From contig OY253680.1 in assembly GCA_958009085.1 (NCBI GenBank), positions 558,001-622,000 of the forward strand: a stretch of DNA of 64,000 nt, in the 5' to 3' direction. Made by a program: the position numbers and the translations under genes. Shown here piece by piece: positions 1 to 11,943 of the stretch (its first letter is position 1; the number at the start of each line of letters is the position of its first letter). Below the pieces are notes generated by a model. The model was not told the origin of the DNA. It saw only the letters and a list, made by a program, of their open reading frames with translations, and ran no database searches. The DNA comes from Protoeuglena noctilucae. Its lineage: Eukaryota.

Positions 1-695
1 ACGTCCTCCCCGTTCACGTCCCGAATGATGCGCTGCATGAGCTCCACCGCCGACGGAAATCGGTTATCCAAGTGGTCGAGGAGACCCGCGAGCTCCTCAC
101 GCGCCTGAGAGCAAGTCGCGAGGGGACCTGCGTCGCATCGGCGGCCTGCGAGCCCGCCACGGCGGATGGAACCCGGTGCGTTCGGCTTCCCGCGGAGAAA
201 TGCCCGGCGCGAAGGACCTCGCCTTAGCCAGGTCCTCTGGCGACATCTCGGCAAGCTTCATCATCTCATCGGGGTCCGAATTCTCTGCGAGAAAGCGCGG
301 GGAGCGCGAGAGGGTGGTTGCAAGCTCAGCCCTTTGCAGGTGGCCGGCCCGGCCGCCAGCCGTGACCGGGCGCCGTTCTCCGCCGCAAGCAGCTTCTGAC
401 GCTTCGTATGAATGCAGCGCGACTGCGTGCCGCGGCTCTCATGCACTACGGGCGGGGTGCGCGGGCCCGCGGTCCGCCACTTACCAAGGCCCCAGCGCAA
501 GAGATGCTGGATCCCCTCGAAGTTGATATCGCCTTCCGGCACCGTGTTGCCAAAGCCATCACTGGGCACATCAATGTGGGACAGATCGACCCTCACGTCC
601 GCCGCGGAGGCGGGCACTGCCACGAAGGACGACAGCACCACCAGGACCAACACGGCCAGGGCGCCGAGCGCCCATCCGGGTCGCACTCGTCCCAT
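1..695 (-). CDS. Signal-peptide-bearing Hsp70 nucleotide exchange factor, Fes1/SIL1-like (5' part; continues beyond window start)
   Basis: Hydrophobic signal peptide, then spliced LLRWGL|ENSDPDEMMKLAEMSPEDLAK|AREELAGLLDHLDNRFPSAVELMQRII. This resembles the Fes1 N-terminal LLxWxIxNSDP motif. Donors are GT at 484 and GC at 222. Confidence 0.6.
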
Positions 696-968
696 CTCGC
701 CGCGTGCGTGTTTCCGAAAGCGTGGCGCGCGCCTTGCCTCTTTGCTTTCGCCACCGTGTCAGGCGCACTCGGGTCGAGGCCAGCAATGGGTTGCAGTCAA
801 ATCATGCGCTCCAGAAGGCTGCCGCTCACCACTCACTATATGGCTTCTCCTTGGGACCATCGGATTGCGCTGGGGCCGACTGGACAAGGATTGGATGCCC
901 ACAGTCCGTGACATTGGCATCACGCTCTCCTAGTCGCCATATAGTCTAGCAGGGGAGGCGTCGAGGAG

Positions 969-2501
969 ATGGCGTGTGCGCTGCACGCCCCGGCCGGGGC
1001 CCCGCGAGCCCAGGGGATGCGGGCACGCGCGGCTTCCCTCGCCGGCCGCCAAAGCGGTTTCCTGGGGGCCGGCATCCCGGGTGAGACTGCGACCGGTGCT
1101 ACATTATACTCCGCATTCGCTGGCGTGGTTGCCTTCGGCTCATGGACGGTCCGTGCTTCAGTTCTCGCGCCATGACACGGCATCCCCACCCCAGCGCGAA
1201 CGGGGCGTCCTCGCCCCTCGCACACAGTGGCGACGAGAAGCTCTGAAGGGACGTGCATGGCGCGCACAAGGCGCCCGCTGCGGCCCCGTGCCCTGGACGC
1301 GGCGCAGCCGTTCGACTTTGAGGCGCGGATGGCAAAGAAGGTGGCGCAGCAGAAGAAGCTGCGCATCGGGATCGTGGGCTTCGGCAACTTCGGGCAGTTC
1401 ATCGCCAAGCGGATGGTGGCGGCGGGCCACGAGGTGATAGCCACGTCGCGCACGCCGTACTACGAGCAGGCCAAGAGCGTGGGCGCGACCTTCTACAGCG
1501 ACCCCGACGACTTCTGCGAGGAGCATCCGCACGTCGTCATCCTCTGCTGCTCCATCATCTCCGCTGACAAGGTCCTCCGCAGTCTGCCCCTGCAGCGACT
1601 GCGCCGCAGGTGACGCCGCGTGCCCCTCCCAAACGAGCACCTGCGTCAGCTACCAGGACGCCGTGGCTGACCCCACCTCACCATCCCCGGCGGCCCGTTC
1701 GCAGCACGTTGTTCGTGGACGTGCTTTCGGTCAAGGTGTTCCCCAAGCAGCTCTTGCTCAAGGAGCTCCCGGCCGAGTTTGACGTCCTCTGCACGCACCC
1801 CATGTTCGGCCCAGAGTCCGGCAAGGGCTCCTGGCAGAACCTCGCGTTCGTCTTCGACCGCGTCCGCGTGGGCGCCGAGCGCCGGCGGCAGGAGCGCCTG
1901 GAGGCCTTCTTGGACTTCTGGCGCGCCGAGGGGTGCCGCATGGTGGAGATGACGTGCGAGGAGCACGACCGGCAGGCGGCGTCGACGCAGTTCATCACGC
2001 ACACGGTCGGGCGCGTGCTGGGGAGCATGAACATCCAGGCCACGCAGATTAACACCAAGGGCTTCGAGTCCCTCCTGACGCTGCGTGACAACACGGCCAA
2101 CGACTCGTTCGACCTGTACTACGGCCTCTTCATGTACAACCCGAACGCGACGGAGGAGCTGGAGCGCCTGGAGAGGGCATTCGACGCCGTCAAGAAGGCC
2201 CTTTTCCACCGGTGGGTCTGCAGGGCAGCAGGAAGCCCGGCCGTGTGCGTGGAACGCGTGCTGGCGGGTTCAAGTAAGCTAAGTTCGTCGCTGCCCTCGC
2301 AGGCTGCACGACTTGGCGCGGAGCCAGCTCTTCTACGCGGAGGGCGGGAACATGGGGGCAGCGCCACCCGCGCCCTCAATGCTGCTCCCCGCGGGGTTGG
2401 CTGAGGAGGACTCTTCCGGTTCAGACGGGGACGACGCCGAGGCCGAGGTTACGGAGGCATCAGAGATGGGCAACGGGGTGGGCAAGATGGCGGCTAGGTA
2501 G
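969..2501 (+). CDS. TYRA: Arogenate dehydrogenase (plant TyrA type), plastid-targeted, 4 exons
   Basis: ALDAAQPFDFE, Rossmann IGIVGFGNFGQF, DVLSVK, CTHPMFGPESGK, EHDRQAASTQFITH, SFDLYYGLFMYN. Confidence 0.95.
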
Positions 2502-2617
2502 GCACGAGCGCACCCAGGGTGGTATCGAGAGCCGAGGGTAGCGGCTGAGTGAAAGCTGCAGAGGAGCGCCGCAGTGGGCGTGCAGTCGTAGGAAAAGGAT
2601 GATGACACAATAGGCCG

Positions 2618-3171
2618 CTACAAGCCCAGCAGGACGTTGCTGGCCAGCAGGCCCATCGCCACCGGCGACATCCCCTGCATCTTCTCCGCGGAAAAGCAGT
2701 CCTTCCCTGCGAACGCACACGCGGGTTGATGCTGAGCGATGCGCGCAATCCTCGATTGCACTGCTGCGCTGCCAGCGGGGGCGTCCAGGGTCCACCTGCT
2801 CCTCGGGACGCCGGCACGGACACGGCTTCCGACGCGGCTCTAGGGCGCTGGATCAGGGGCGTCGTGGCCGCGGAGCCCCTGCGCGTGTCTGCGCTGGTCG
2901 GCGAGGTGCTCGTCGACGTCTGGGCCTCGACGAAGGGCGGAATCTGCACGCTGACGCCGCGCCGGAGCCACGAGGGCACTGCGGCGCTCAGCGCCTTCGC
3001 CAACCCGTCGTCGATGGCCTGCGGCGGTCAGGAGGTGGCGGAGACGGTTGGAACCACGCGGGGGCCGTGCGTCGTAGCGGCACGGCCCGGCAGGGATCCC
3101 GGCAGGCCTACCCGACCCGATAGATCAAGTTAAATGCTACTCACTTGGTTCGAAGATCCCGGCGACGACAT
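2618..3171 (-). CDS. Small hypothetical protein (112 aa, 3 exons: 3171-3145, 3018-2796, 2706-2618)
   Basis: ATG, two GT-AG introns with consistent phase, and a TAG stop: MSSPGSSNQ|AIDDGLAKALSAAVPSWLRR...|GKDCFSAEKMQGMSPVAMGLLASNVLLGL*. No recognisable family. Confidence 0.5.
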
Positions 3172-3558
3172 TGGAGACTTTAAACCATTTGCACAAGCAG
3201 ACACTGTGGTGGACTGGAGGTTGACGCGTCCAGCACTGATACACCCAACTGCCCAAATTCGTGGTCGTTTCCGCGAATTTGAGGGCTCGGTAATGTCCAG
3301 TTTCTGACTTTTTCTGGCGCCTTTAAAACGGCGTTCTAAGGCTCCCCTGAGGTCACAAGCGCACCAATCAAAGGTTGCAGAACAGCTCTGACCTCTCGTA
3401 GTATCGGTAGCTTTGCCTCTGCCTGACCCGCACACAGCGTGCACTAACGCAGGTGTTTGCGTCGGCCCGCCGAGATTGAAGCGACGCTGGCGACGCCACA
3501 GCAATAAAAGGAAGTCCTCTCACACGCTGGGATTGGATATCAAGCCTGGGGAACAGCA

Positions 3559-6500
3559 ATGACGTCGGACAACCAGCCGATCCTGTTCGAAACTTTTGCG
3601 CTTCCCCGCGAGCTTCTCGTCGCGCTCGCCGCCATCTTCAACACCAACGCCACAGGTGAGATCCTGCGTATCGCGGATCGTGCGGTCCGGCCCACACGAG
3701 ATCCTGCGTATCGCGGATCGTGCGGTCCGGCCCACACATAGGCCTAGTCCGCCCACGGACAGCATGCATCGAAATGTTGTCGACATTCAATCGGGTGCAA
3801 CCCCGTGGAGCGACCGAAACGCTTCCCCACGCAGTCCCGCTGGGTGCGCTGATCGCGGGCGTCTACGAGCGCGGCGTGGATCTCGTCACGTATGCCCTGC
3901 AGGCAACCGGGACCGAGGAGCCCAACGTGGGGAAGAAGCGTGGCAAAGTGTACCTGCAAGCCATCGGGGCTCTCATCGACAGCCTGTGCCTCCTGAAGGA
4001 TGGGAAAGCGGTGTATCTTTGCAGGTGACCCGAGCGAGACCCAGCGCGCAGCCATACTTTGGGTGCATCTCGGGCCCGAGACGCCCTCTCATGCGTGCCT
4101 CACGCGCGTCTCCAACCGTCCTCTGCTCGCAGTGACATCAGTCACCAGATCGACTTTGCGCAGCTGGGCACGATCGCCACCGAGATCTGTGCTCATCGCA
4201 AAGCAGAGAACCTCAAAGACATCCCCGCGGCCCTGGTCAACGCCCTCAAAGCCAGGTCCTTCCTCGGGACCATCGTGTCCCTCATCGCCGGCGCCGACTT
4301 CGCCTACCAGCTCCCGCCATACCTAGCCGATGTCGTCCAGCCCGTCAGCGACCTCATCTACCTCTCCACCGTCACCGTGCAATGGGCGACGGGCGGCCTG
4401 GAAGTACACGAGCCGGATGGTGCCATCTTCGTGGACTATACGCAGCCGATTGCCGTCGCCGTCGACGACCTGGCCCGGCACATCCGCGACGCCCAGTGGG
4501 TCGCCCTGGACCTGGAGTGGACGCTGTTCCAGGGGAACCCCAAGCCCCGGCCCGAGCTGGCGCAGCTGGCGCTGCCGTCCGGGCAGGTGGTGGTGCTGGA
4601 CCTGGGCTGCAGGGCGGCCGTGGACCCCGAGATGGCCCGGGCATTCAAGGTCGACCCGGGGACCACGGTCGGGGAGCTGGGGGCCACAATCGTACGCAAG
4701 CTGTTTGAGGCCGCGGGGGACGGCCGCACAGTGGTGGTCATGCACGGGTGCGACGGCACGGACATGGACGCGCTGCTGGCGATGGGCGTGGCGCTGACGC
4801 CACAGGTGCTGGGCGGGGTCGTGGACACGCAGCTGCTGTTCGATGCGGTGCGGGCGCACGTGGACGCGGAGCGGCTGACCGCGCTGGGGCTGGGCAACCC
4901 AGCCAGGAAGCTGGGCCTGCACGAGCTGCACCTGCGCTACGGACTGAGGTGAGGGGTCGGTGCGACGGCATGGCGGGTGGACACTGTGGCGAGCCGGCAG
5001 CGCTCACGATGGTCAGCTGCACGCTCCCGGCTCCCTTCTAGTGTCCCTGAGCGGCCCCCGCGTGCAGGGGCAACCCACTCAAGGTCCAGGTACAGCCCAT
5101 GTTCGGCGGCAAGCTCCACGGCCCATGGACCGTCCGTGGCAGCGTCAACGAGTTCAAGCATGCGCGGTGGAAGCTGCTGCTACGCTATGCAGGTCTGTGC
5201 TCGCGTACGCTTGCCTACTCCGATGCCAGTCCTATTGCCCCATGTACATCCATGGCTGGGCCTGGCGTTGCCCACCTGCCAGGCCGCTGCTTCCAGATCG
5301 TACTTGTACAAGCAGCTGCCGGGCTTCCTTGCTGGCCGCAGTGGAGGACGTGAGCGAGCTGCTTGTGCTGGCCGACCTGCTGCAGCGGGACCTGGCGGTG
5401 CTGCAGGGCAAGCCCCAGTCCCCGCACTTCTTCGGCCACGCGCGGGACGCGAGCGGGAAGCTCCTGGGGTCGGACACGACCATTGCGGCCCGGGCGCAGC
5501 AAGCCGCACAGGCTGCGGCAGCAGCCGCGCCTGGGGTAATGACGCCGCCGCCACCCCCGAGGGTCGTGCCCCTCAAGGGGGCGGCGTTGAAAGCGGCGCC
5601 TGGGGTTGTTCCGCCGCCGTCACCTGCGAAGGCCAAGTCTGCTTAGAAGGCTGGGAAAAAAGCGGCGCCTGCTGCCGCGAGCGGCGTGCCTCGGACCCCA
5701 CGCGCCCACACCCCCGCCAGGGAGTGGGACCCGCGCGAGGAGGTGGCGCAGCAGGTGGGCGAGGCGGACGCCCACTTCCACGACCACGACGACCGCGTGC
5801 GGGCGACCGAGGTGGAGGCCATCCTGCGGCTGCTGCCGGCGCGGTACCGCACGCAGCTCGTGCAGGCGAGGCGCGGCGGAGATCATGGATGGCTTGCTGC
5901 TGCGAGGTGCAGCTGTCTTGACTGCGCAGCAAGGAGTCATCCCCGCAGATGCGCAGCCACGAGGTGGAGGACTTCTTCCTGGACCTGGGCCGGCCCCCGC
6001 GCATGGTGCTGCCGGACCAGGGGGCGGTCCTGTTCAGCGCCGACCCCGTGACCCAGGCGGACCTGGACGCCATCTACAACACCATCGGGCACGCCAACTT
6101 CCGCACCGGTGCGCGCATACGGCATCGGCAGCATGCGTTCATGTGTGCATTGCTTGCGACGCACGGCATCTGGCGGCAGACGTATGACCACCTGCATGCC
6201 TGGGGCTTGCCTTGCCAGCCAAGCAATGCCCCGCGCTTGCTCATTGTGGACAGTGCGCCTGACGTCGGTGACACGGCTGTCGTATGTGCCACCTTCAATC
6301 ACCATCCGGCACTCGCCATGCCTCCGCCACCCGCAGACAACCGCGCGGGCATCGACGGGTACCTGCACCGCGTGAGCGTGCTGCGCAGCGTGCGGGGCCA
6401 GCCGGTGGGCTTCACCCTGCGCGTGGGGCGCACGCTCAAGGGGAGCGCGGAGCTGGTGACGGACCTGGCCTTCTCCGGCAAGGGGCTGCTGCTGGTGGGC

Positions 6501-7727
6501 CCGCCGGGGCGCGGCAAGACGACGGCGCTGCGGGAGATCTCGCGGCTGCTGGCGGCCACGGGGAGGCGGGTCATGGTGGTCGACACGAGCAACGAGATCG
6601 GCGGCGACGGGGACGTGCCGCACCGGTCGCTCGGCAGCAGCCGCCGCATCCAGGTCCACGAGCGGGGCAGGCAGGCGCAGGTGAGCGAGGGGCGGTTTTG
6701 CTGGGGACGTGCGCTCCATCGAGCTCCAGGTGACGTTGCCTGTCAAGTCTGGGCCACCTGCACCCGCACTGCCACCCGCGACATGCCACCCTGCGCACCA
6801 CGGATGGCCCACCCAGGTGACTGCACCGCCCGCCACTCCTACTACCCCCGCAGGTGATGATCGAGGCGGTGCAGAACCACAACCCCGAGTGCATCGTCAT
6901 CGACGAGATCTCCAACCGCGCCGAGGCCGACGCCGCGCGCACCATCGCCGAGCGCGGGGTGCAGCTGGTGGCGACGGCGCACGGGCTGACGCTGGCCAAC
7001 GTGGTGCGCAACCCGGCCCTGTGCCACCTCGCGGGGGGCGTGACCACGGGTGAGGGCCGTCCGGGGCGGGCCAGAGGGGCGCCGAGCTCATGAGCCATGC
7101 GCATTGTCTTGCGTCATGGGGTGTCGCATGCCCCGTGTGCCTCGTGTGCCTTGTGCGACTCGTTCGCCTGTGATGCCCTGCTCCCTGCGCCCGCGTCGAT
7201 GCAGTGATCTTCAGCGACATCTCGATGAAGGAGCGCGGCATGACCAACAAGACGCAGCAGGAGCGCGAGCACGAGCCGGCCTTCCAGGCCGTGGTGGAGC
7301 TCCTGTCGCGCACCGTGTGGCGCGTGTACCCGGACATGAAGGCCGCCGTGGACGCCCTGCTCAGCGGCGAAGGTGAGCGACGAGGGGCGCGGCATGTGCG
7401 GTGCACGACAGTCAGCTGCGGGACACACGGTGCGCCACTGCCGCCCCTGCGCCTGTGTTCGGCGCAGAGCCGGTGTACGAGGTGCGGGAGCTGCTGGCGG
7501 ACGGGCGGGTGCGGGTGGTGTACGACGCCGAGGCGCGGGAGCTAGTGCAGAGGGTGGAGCGGGAGCAGGCCGAGGCGCGGATGCGGCGGCGCGACGCGGA
7601 GGCATCCGTGGGGGTGGACACGGGGGATGCGGGCGGGGGCATGGACGCGCCAAACGTTGGGGACACGGGTACGGCCTCCCGAGGGGGGTCGTTCATGAGG
7701 AGCTTGCTCGCCTGGAGGCCCACATGA
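3559..7727 (+). CDS. DEDDy 3'-5' exonuclease fused to a Ycf45/SpoIIIAA-like AAA+ ATPase
   Basis: ExoI WVALDLEW, ExoII VMHG..TDMDAL, VVDTQL, spliced ExoIII RYA|VEDV. Then [26 protein letters not shown], Walker [48 protein letters not shown]. Confidence 0.85.
3658..3737 (+). repeat. Perfect 40-bp tandem duplication at the start of intron 1
   Basis: gagatcctgcgtatcgcggatcgtgcggtccggcccacac x2 (3658-3697, 3698-3737). Confidence 0.95.
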
Positions 7728-7858
7728 CCTAAGAAGGAGTGGTGAGGTGCCCAAGTGATGGGCACTTGACCGAGTAATGCATTGCATAGTTTCGGGATCT
7801 TAAAGCAGCAGGATATTTGCCCAAGATCAATGTCGTCGATAATAATGGGAGGTACACC

Positions 7859-10800
7859 CTACACCGGGTATCCCCAAGCATCCCTCAGCACGCCACCACG
7901 CTGCACCAGGTTGGTCACCTCTACCCTATGCATCTGCACCATTCTGTCAATGTCCACGTCTATCTCGTCATACCATTCGTACAGGGGCCGAGTACCCGCC
8001 CCAAACACCCGCGGGAGGTAAGCACTGACGCGTGCCTGCCGGCCATGCCCTGCTTCTCCGTGGTACCATCCCATGCTGGGCACGTAGACTGGGCCATGAG
8101 ACATGCCCTTGCCGCCCCCGCGGCCTCCTCGGTATGGGAGCTCGCCTGCACGCCGCGAGCCTACGAGCCGGCCCCGGCGCCGCCTGTGACGTCCGGCAGC
8201 CGCGTCGGAGGAGTCCGGTGAGCTTGGCGCTGTGGTCAGCTCCGACTCGCTAGTCTCAGTGTGGACGGTCTCAGTAATCCAGGAGGCATCCTCCTGATGG
8301 GCCCCGTGCGCCGTGGCCAGGAGGTCCACGTCCTGGCGCAGCACGATCACCTCGCGCAACACGTGCTCTGTGGCCCGCGCAAGCACGTCCACGTCCACGT
8401 CCATCGGCCCACGCCCCGTTGCATCGACGACTGGACGAGCAGTGGCCACTGGAGACCCCGCGGAACCCGATGCCGTTGCGTGGAGCTGACCGGGGCCCGA
8501 GTCGGCGCCCAAATGGCTCTGCTCCGCCCAGCCATCCGCTCTAGCTGACATGCCAGACCGCCCTTGGCCGCTGGCAGGCGAGCTCGCCACCCTGCCATCG
8601 TTGGCTGCCGGCGGTGCATCTCGAGTCGCCTCAAAGTCCAGGCGCCGGCCGGCACTGTGCACAGCACCCTCCGCCCCACCACGCGCGGTCCTCGATGAGA
8701 GTCCGCGCCGTTCCTGCGATCGGACCGCGCTCGACGCCGATGCGCCCGCCCTATCGGGGTGTCTCTGCAACAAGGCCCTTGCATCGGGGCTCGGCCATGT
8801 GGCCCGCGCACCGCCAGCCACCGTCGGCCAGCCCCCGCTGGCCCTCGGCAGGGTGGCAGCGGCCCTGCTCGCCCTCCGCGCCGTCCCTGGGCTCGGCTGG
8901 GAGTGGCGTGTGCCCTGTTGGGGCCTTCGTTGAACGCTGTCCCCGCCGGAGGCCCTCGTGTGACTGCCGGGAGTGGCCAACGCTTTCAGCGCCGCAAGGA
9001 GGGACCCCACGGCCCCACCAGAGCGCAGGACACTCGTGCGCTCCGACGCAGCTCTCCTCGTGCCTTCCCCTGGCGTCCCACTCATACCCCGCATGCGAGT
9101 GCCCGTCTCAGGGGTGACGCTGTGGCTGCCCCGTAGGGGGCCGCCATTCACCGGCGGCGTGGCATGCAAGGCCGCCCAGTTCGGGGCCACCGGCGAGGCG
9201 TGCTGAGGGTCCGGCACGCTGGGCTCCCGAGCCCCCTGCATGCCCAGGGACCTTGGAACATCGCCCTCTGAAACAGCAGGCGGACTTGGCAGGCCCGTTC
9301 CGTCACGCCACCCAGGCGATGGGCCGGGTGCCTGGCGAGCCTCGGCCCCCTCCCGAGCCCCTGCTGTCCCTGACCACCCATGCGGTGCCCTGGGCTGGAC
9401 TCGTGCAAAGACGCTTCTATCGTCGTAAGCACCTCGCTGCCTGCCACGTCGGCGACTCTCCGCAGCCCCGGCGTTGGGGCGAGGTCCTCGGACTGCCCCA
9501 GGCCGCCGCGACGCGCAGATGAGTCCAGGGAGGGCACCTGCAGGGCCGCGTGGAACCCACCCCAGTCCTGGGATGGGGCGCCTGCGGGCGACCCTGGTGC
9601 GCTGAGGATACTGCCCGGGAGGGGTGACTCGACTTGCTCAGTCTCATGCCCATGGGCCGTGGGCGCCGGGCTCCGTTGACCGGGCGCCGTGCGGGTTTCC
9701 ACCTCTTGTCGTTGCTGTTGCGATGGCCCCGACTGCTCTGCGCCAAAGTCGAGACGGCGGGGCGCCTGAGGGCCATCAGCATCGGCCCTGGCGCTGACCT
9801 GCCACGCTGGCCCACCGGCGACCGACAATGCGGTCGCAGGCGGTGCGGCCGACGCTGCGTTGGGGTGGCCGAATCCCCCAGGGCCCGCGGAGCGCGACCA
9901 GGGCCCGGTCACATCAGGGACACCGCCTGAGGCCGCAACGGCGCTCACGCCCGTCCACCCAGGCGACCCCATCACACCGGGTGCCAGTCCCCGCCCTCCA
10001 CCGTCTGTATCCGCGCCTGGCCGCACCCTTCCCATCTGCGGCAGGAACCCCGCCCCCCGCAGTGTGTCGGACACGAGGGCTGCCTCGTGCAGCACGCCCG
10101 ACGACACGGATACCGGGCCCGACCCTGTGGTGCCGGAGCCGGAGGTGGAGAGCGAGACGGGCCCCGCCTGGCTCTGGGCGAGGAACCCCGCGGGGCTCGG
10201 GGGAGGGGCGGCATCCACAAGGGTTGGCCCCGGCGACAGGGGTGGGGGTGCTGGCGGTGATGCTCGGGTAGGCAGCGCTTGCACAGAGGTCTCGAGATGC
10301 ATCCCAGCGAGACTCTCGCCAACGCTCAGCGAACCACGGAGCCCCGAGGACGGAAACCCTGCACCGGTCGCTGTGCTGGGGCCTTCCAAGGTCCCCATCG
10401 AAGGCACGAGGGTCCCCGGCGTGCTGCGGGCGAGTCGAGACGCAAGATTGTCGGCGGAGATCGTGACGAGTCGGACGGGCTGGCGTCGAGATGCGGCTCG
10501 TTCCTGCTTTGGGCCCCGTCGGTCAGCACGCTACAAGCACCCCTCACCTGTGAAGCCTTCCCCCCCTCGATAGCGCCAGCAGCTGGGCGGGTGAAGGCAG
10601 GGTCGCGCTTTGTGATGGGCTCCCTCCTTTTGACGTAGCAGATGGGGGCGGGGAAGCATGCGTGAAGGACGGCATGTGGAAGGAAGGGTCCTGCAGGTGG
10701 ATCCCCAAGCGCTGTTGAACAAGCACTCCGACGTCGGAATCTTCCACATGCTCTTGGGTGAGAGCGGCGCAGCGGCTCGCACCTGGTACGCTTTCCCCAG

Positions 10801-11658
10801 CATCGTGGCCGCGGACATGCCGGAAGTCCATCGGTCTGCAGGCGACTGCCTCGGTGCAACTGAGGCAGTCAATGGGACACCGGACGGGCCGGCAAGCGAC
10901 CCAAGGGACGCCTCCTGTGCCGAGGGAGAGCCGCTGGCACTGTCCCCGCGCTGCATGCCCGCACTCTCTTCATGAACAGTGGCACCGCCTTGTGCGTCCG
11001 CATGCTCCAGAGCTGCCGGGGACCCCGGTGAGTGCACCTGGCGCATCCCGGGCAGGGGAGTTGGGCCCAGGGTGAGTGTGGAGGCGCGCTCCTCCATTGG
11101 CGCAAGGTCACGGAAGACGAGCACAGGTGTCGGGGGCCTGTGGGCGCAGGGGATGGATCAACGTGAGGCGATGGCAACCCGGAAGGTGCGGCGGAGGAGA
11201 AGCTCGGACTAGGACCCGCGCTTGTCACCCGGCGGCTGCGGGATCCTGCAGAGGGCGTCGCAGCGCGTTATGTCTGGCATCACGCAGCTCCTCGTCCGAA
11301 ATTCCGCCGGGGACCAGGGCCCACTGCGATACGGCAATATTCAGCGCCTCGGAGTCGAGGTCCTCCCCAAGGAACTGCAAGGAATAGGCGAGCAGCCGGT
11401 CGCGGGGATGCTGATGGGCGCACTGAGGATGCACAGCGATTTTGCACAGGCCGCGTGGATAATCGCGGTCGCGCTCATAGCAGCACCTGTCTCGCGTAAT
11501 CGGGAAGCTCTTCCAGCTGAGTGGACGAGGCCAAGGGCGAAGGCCTGCGGGAAAACATCACGAGGCGATGGCGGTCCCAACCGGCTCAGGCGCATTCTCG
11601 ACGCTTTTGCGCGCCGCCCGCAGCGCTCCGTAATTCTCGCAATTCACCTGTCTGACAT
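7859..11658 (-). CDS. Large low-complexity (S/P/A/G-rich) hypothetical protein; internal exon structure uncertain
   Basis: Spliced start MSDR|PSPLASSTQLEELPDYARQ|FLGEDLDSEALNIAVSQW, long open frames 10407-9148 and 9241-7859, and a more ordered C-terminus (LYEWYDEIDVDIDRMV...DAWGYPV*). Confidence 0.5.
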
Positions 11659-11768
11659 TCCCGACGCAACCCGCTGGGTCAGGGCCCTTCGACTGAGAGG
11701 CGCGGGCTGGCGTCCAATGCAAGCAGCTTGGTTCCGTCCCGCCACGAAGTCTGGCGCCCAGCGTGCAG

Positions 11769-11773
11769 TTACA
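11769..11773 (-). promoter_or_regulatory. Possible chlorophyte TGTAA polyadenylation signal
   Basis: TGTAA on the minus strand about 170 nt downstream of the stop at 11944. Confidence 0.3.
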
Positions 11774-11943
11774 AATTTCTGGTCCTACTTTTGTTGTTCC
11801 TGTGATGGTTGGGCAGAACCAGCAGGCGCGGCGTTCAGTTTTGGCTTCCCGCCAAATTCACTGGCTGTGTCGGCGCAACTCTTCGCGTACCACAGTTTCT
11901 GCGCGTGCCTCAGAAGTCACATTGCCATTCGCTTCACTGGCGT

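Noticed and set aside
3658..3737. CRISPR-like palindromic direct repeat
   Set aside because: Two adjacent copies with no spacer, in a eukaryotic intron, with no cas genes.
10498..10548. In-frame TAG between two long ORFs suggesting UAR=Gln recoding
   Set aside because: The TAG sits in a probable short GTGAG...CTGAC...CAG intron, and conserved genes end in TAA or TAG (RPS5, TyrA, PSMA6).
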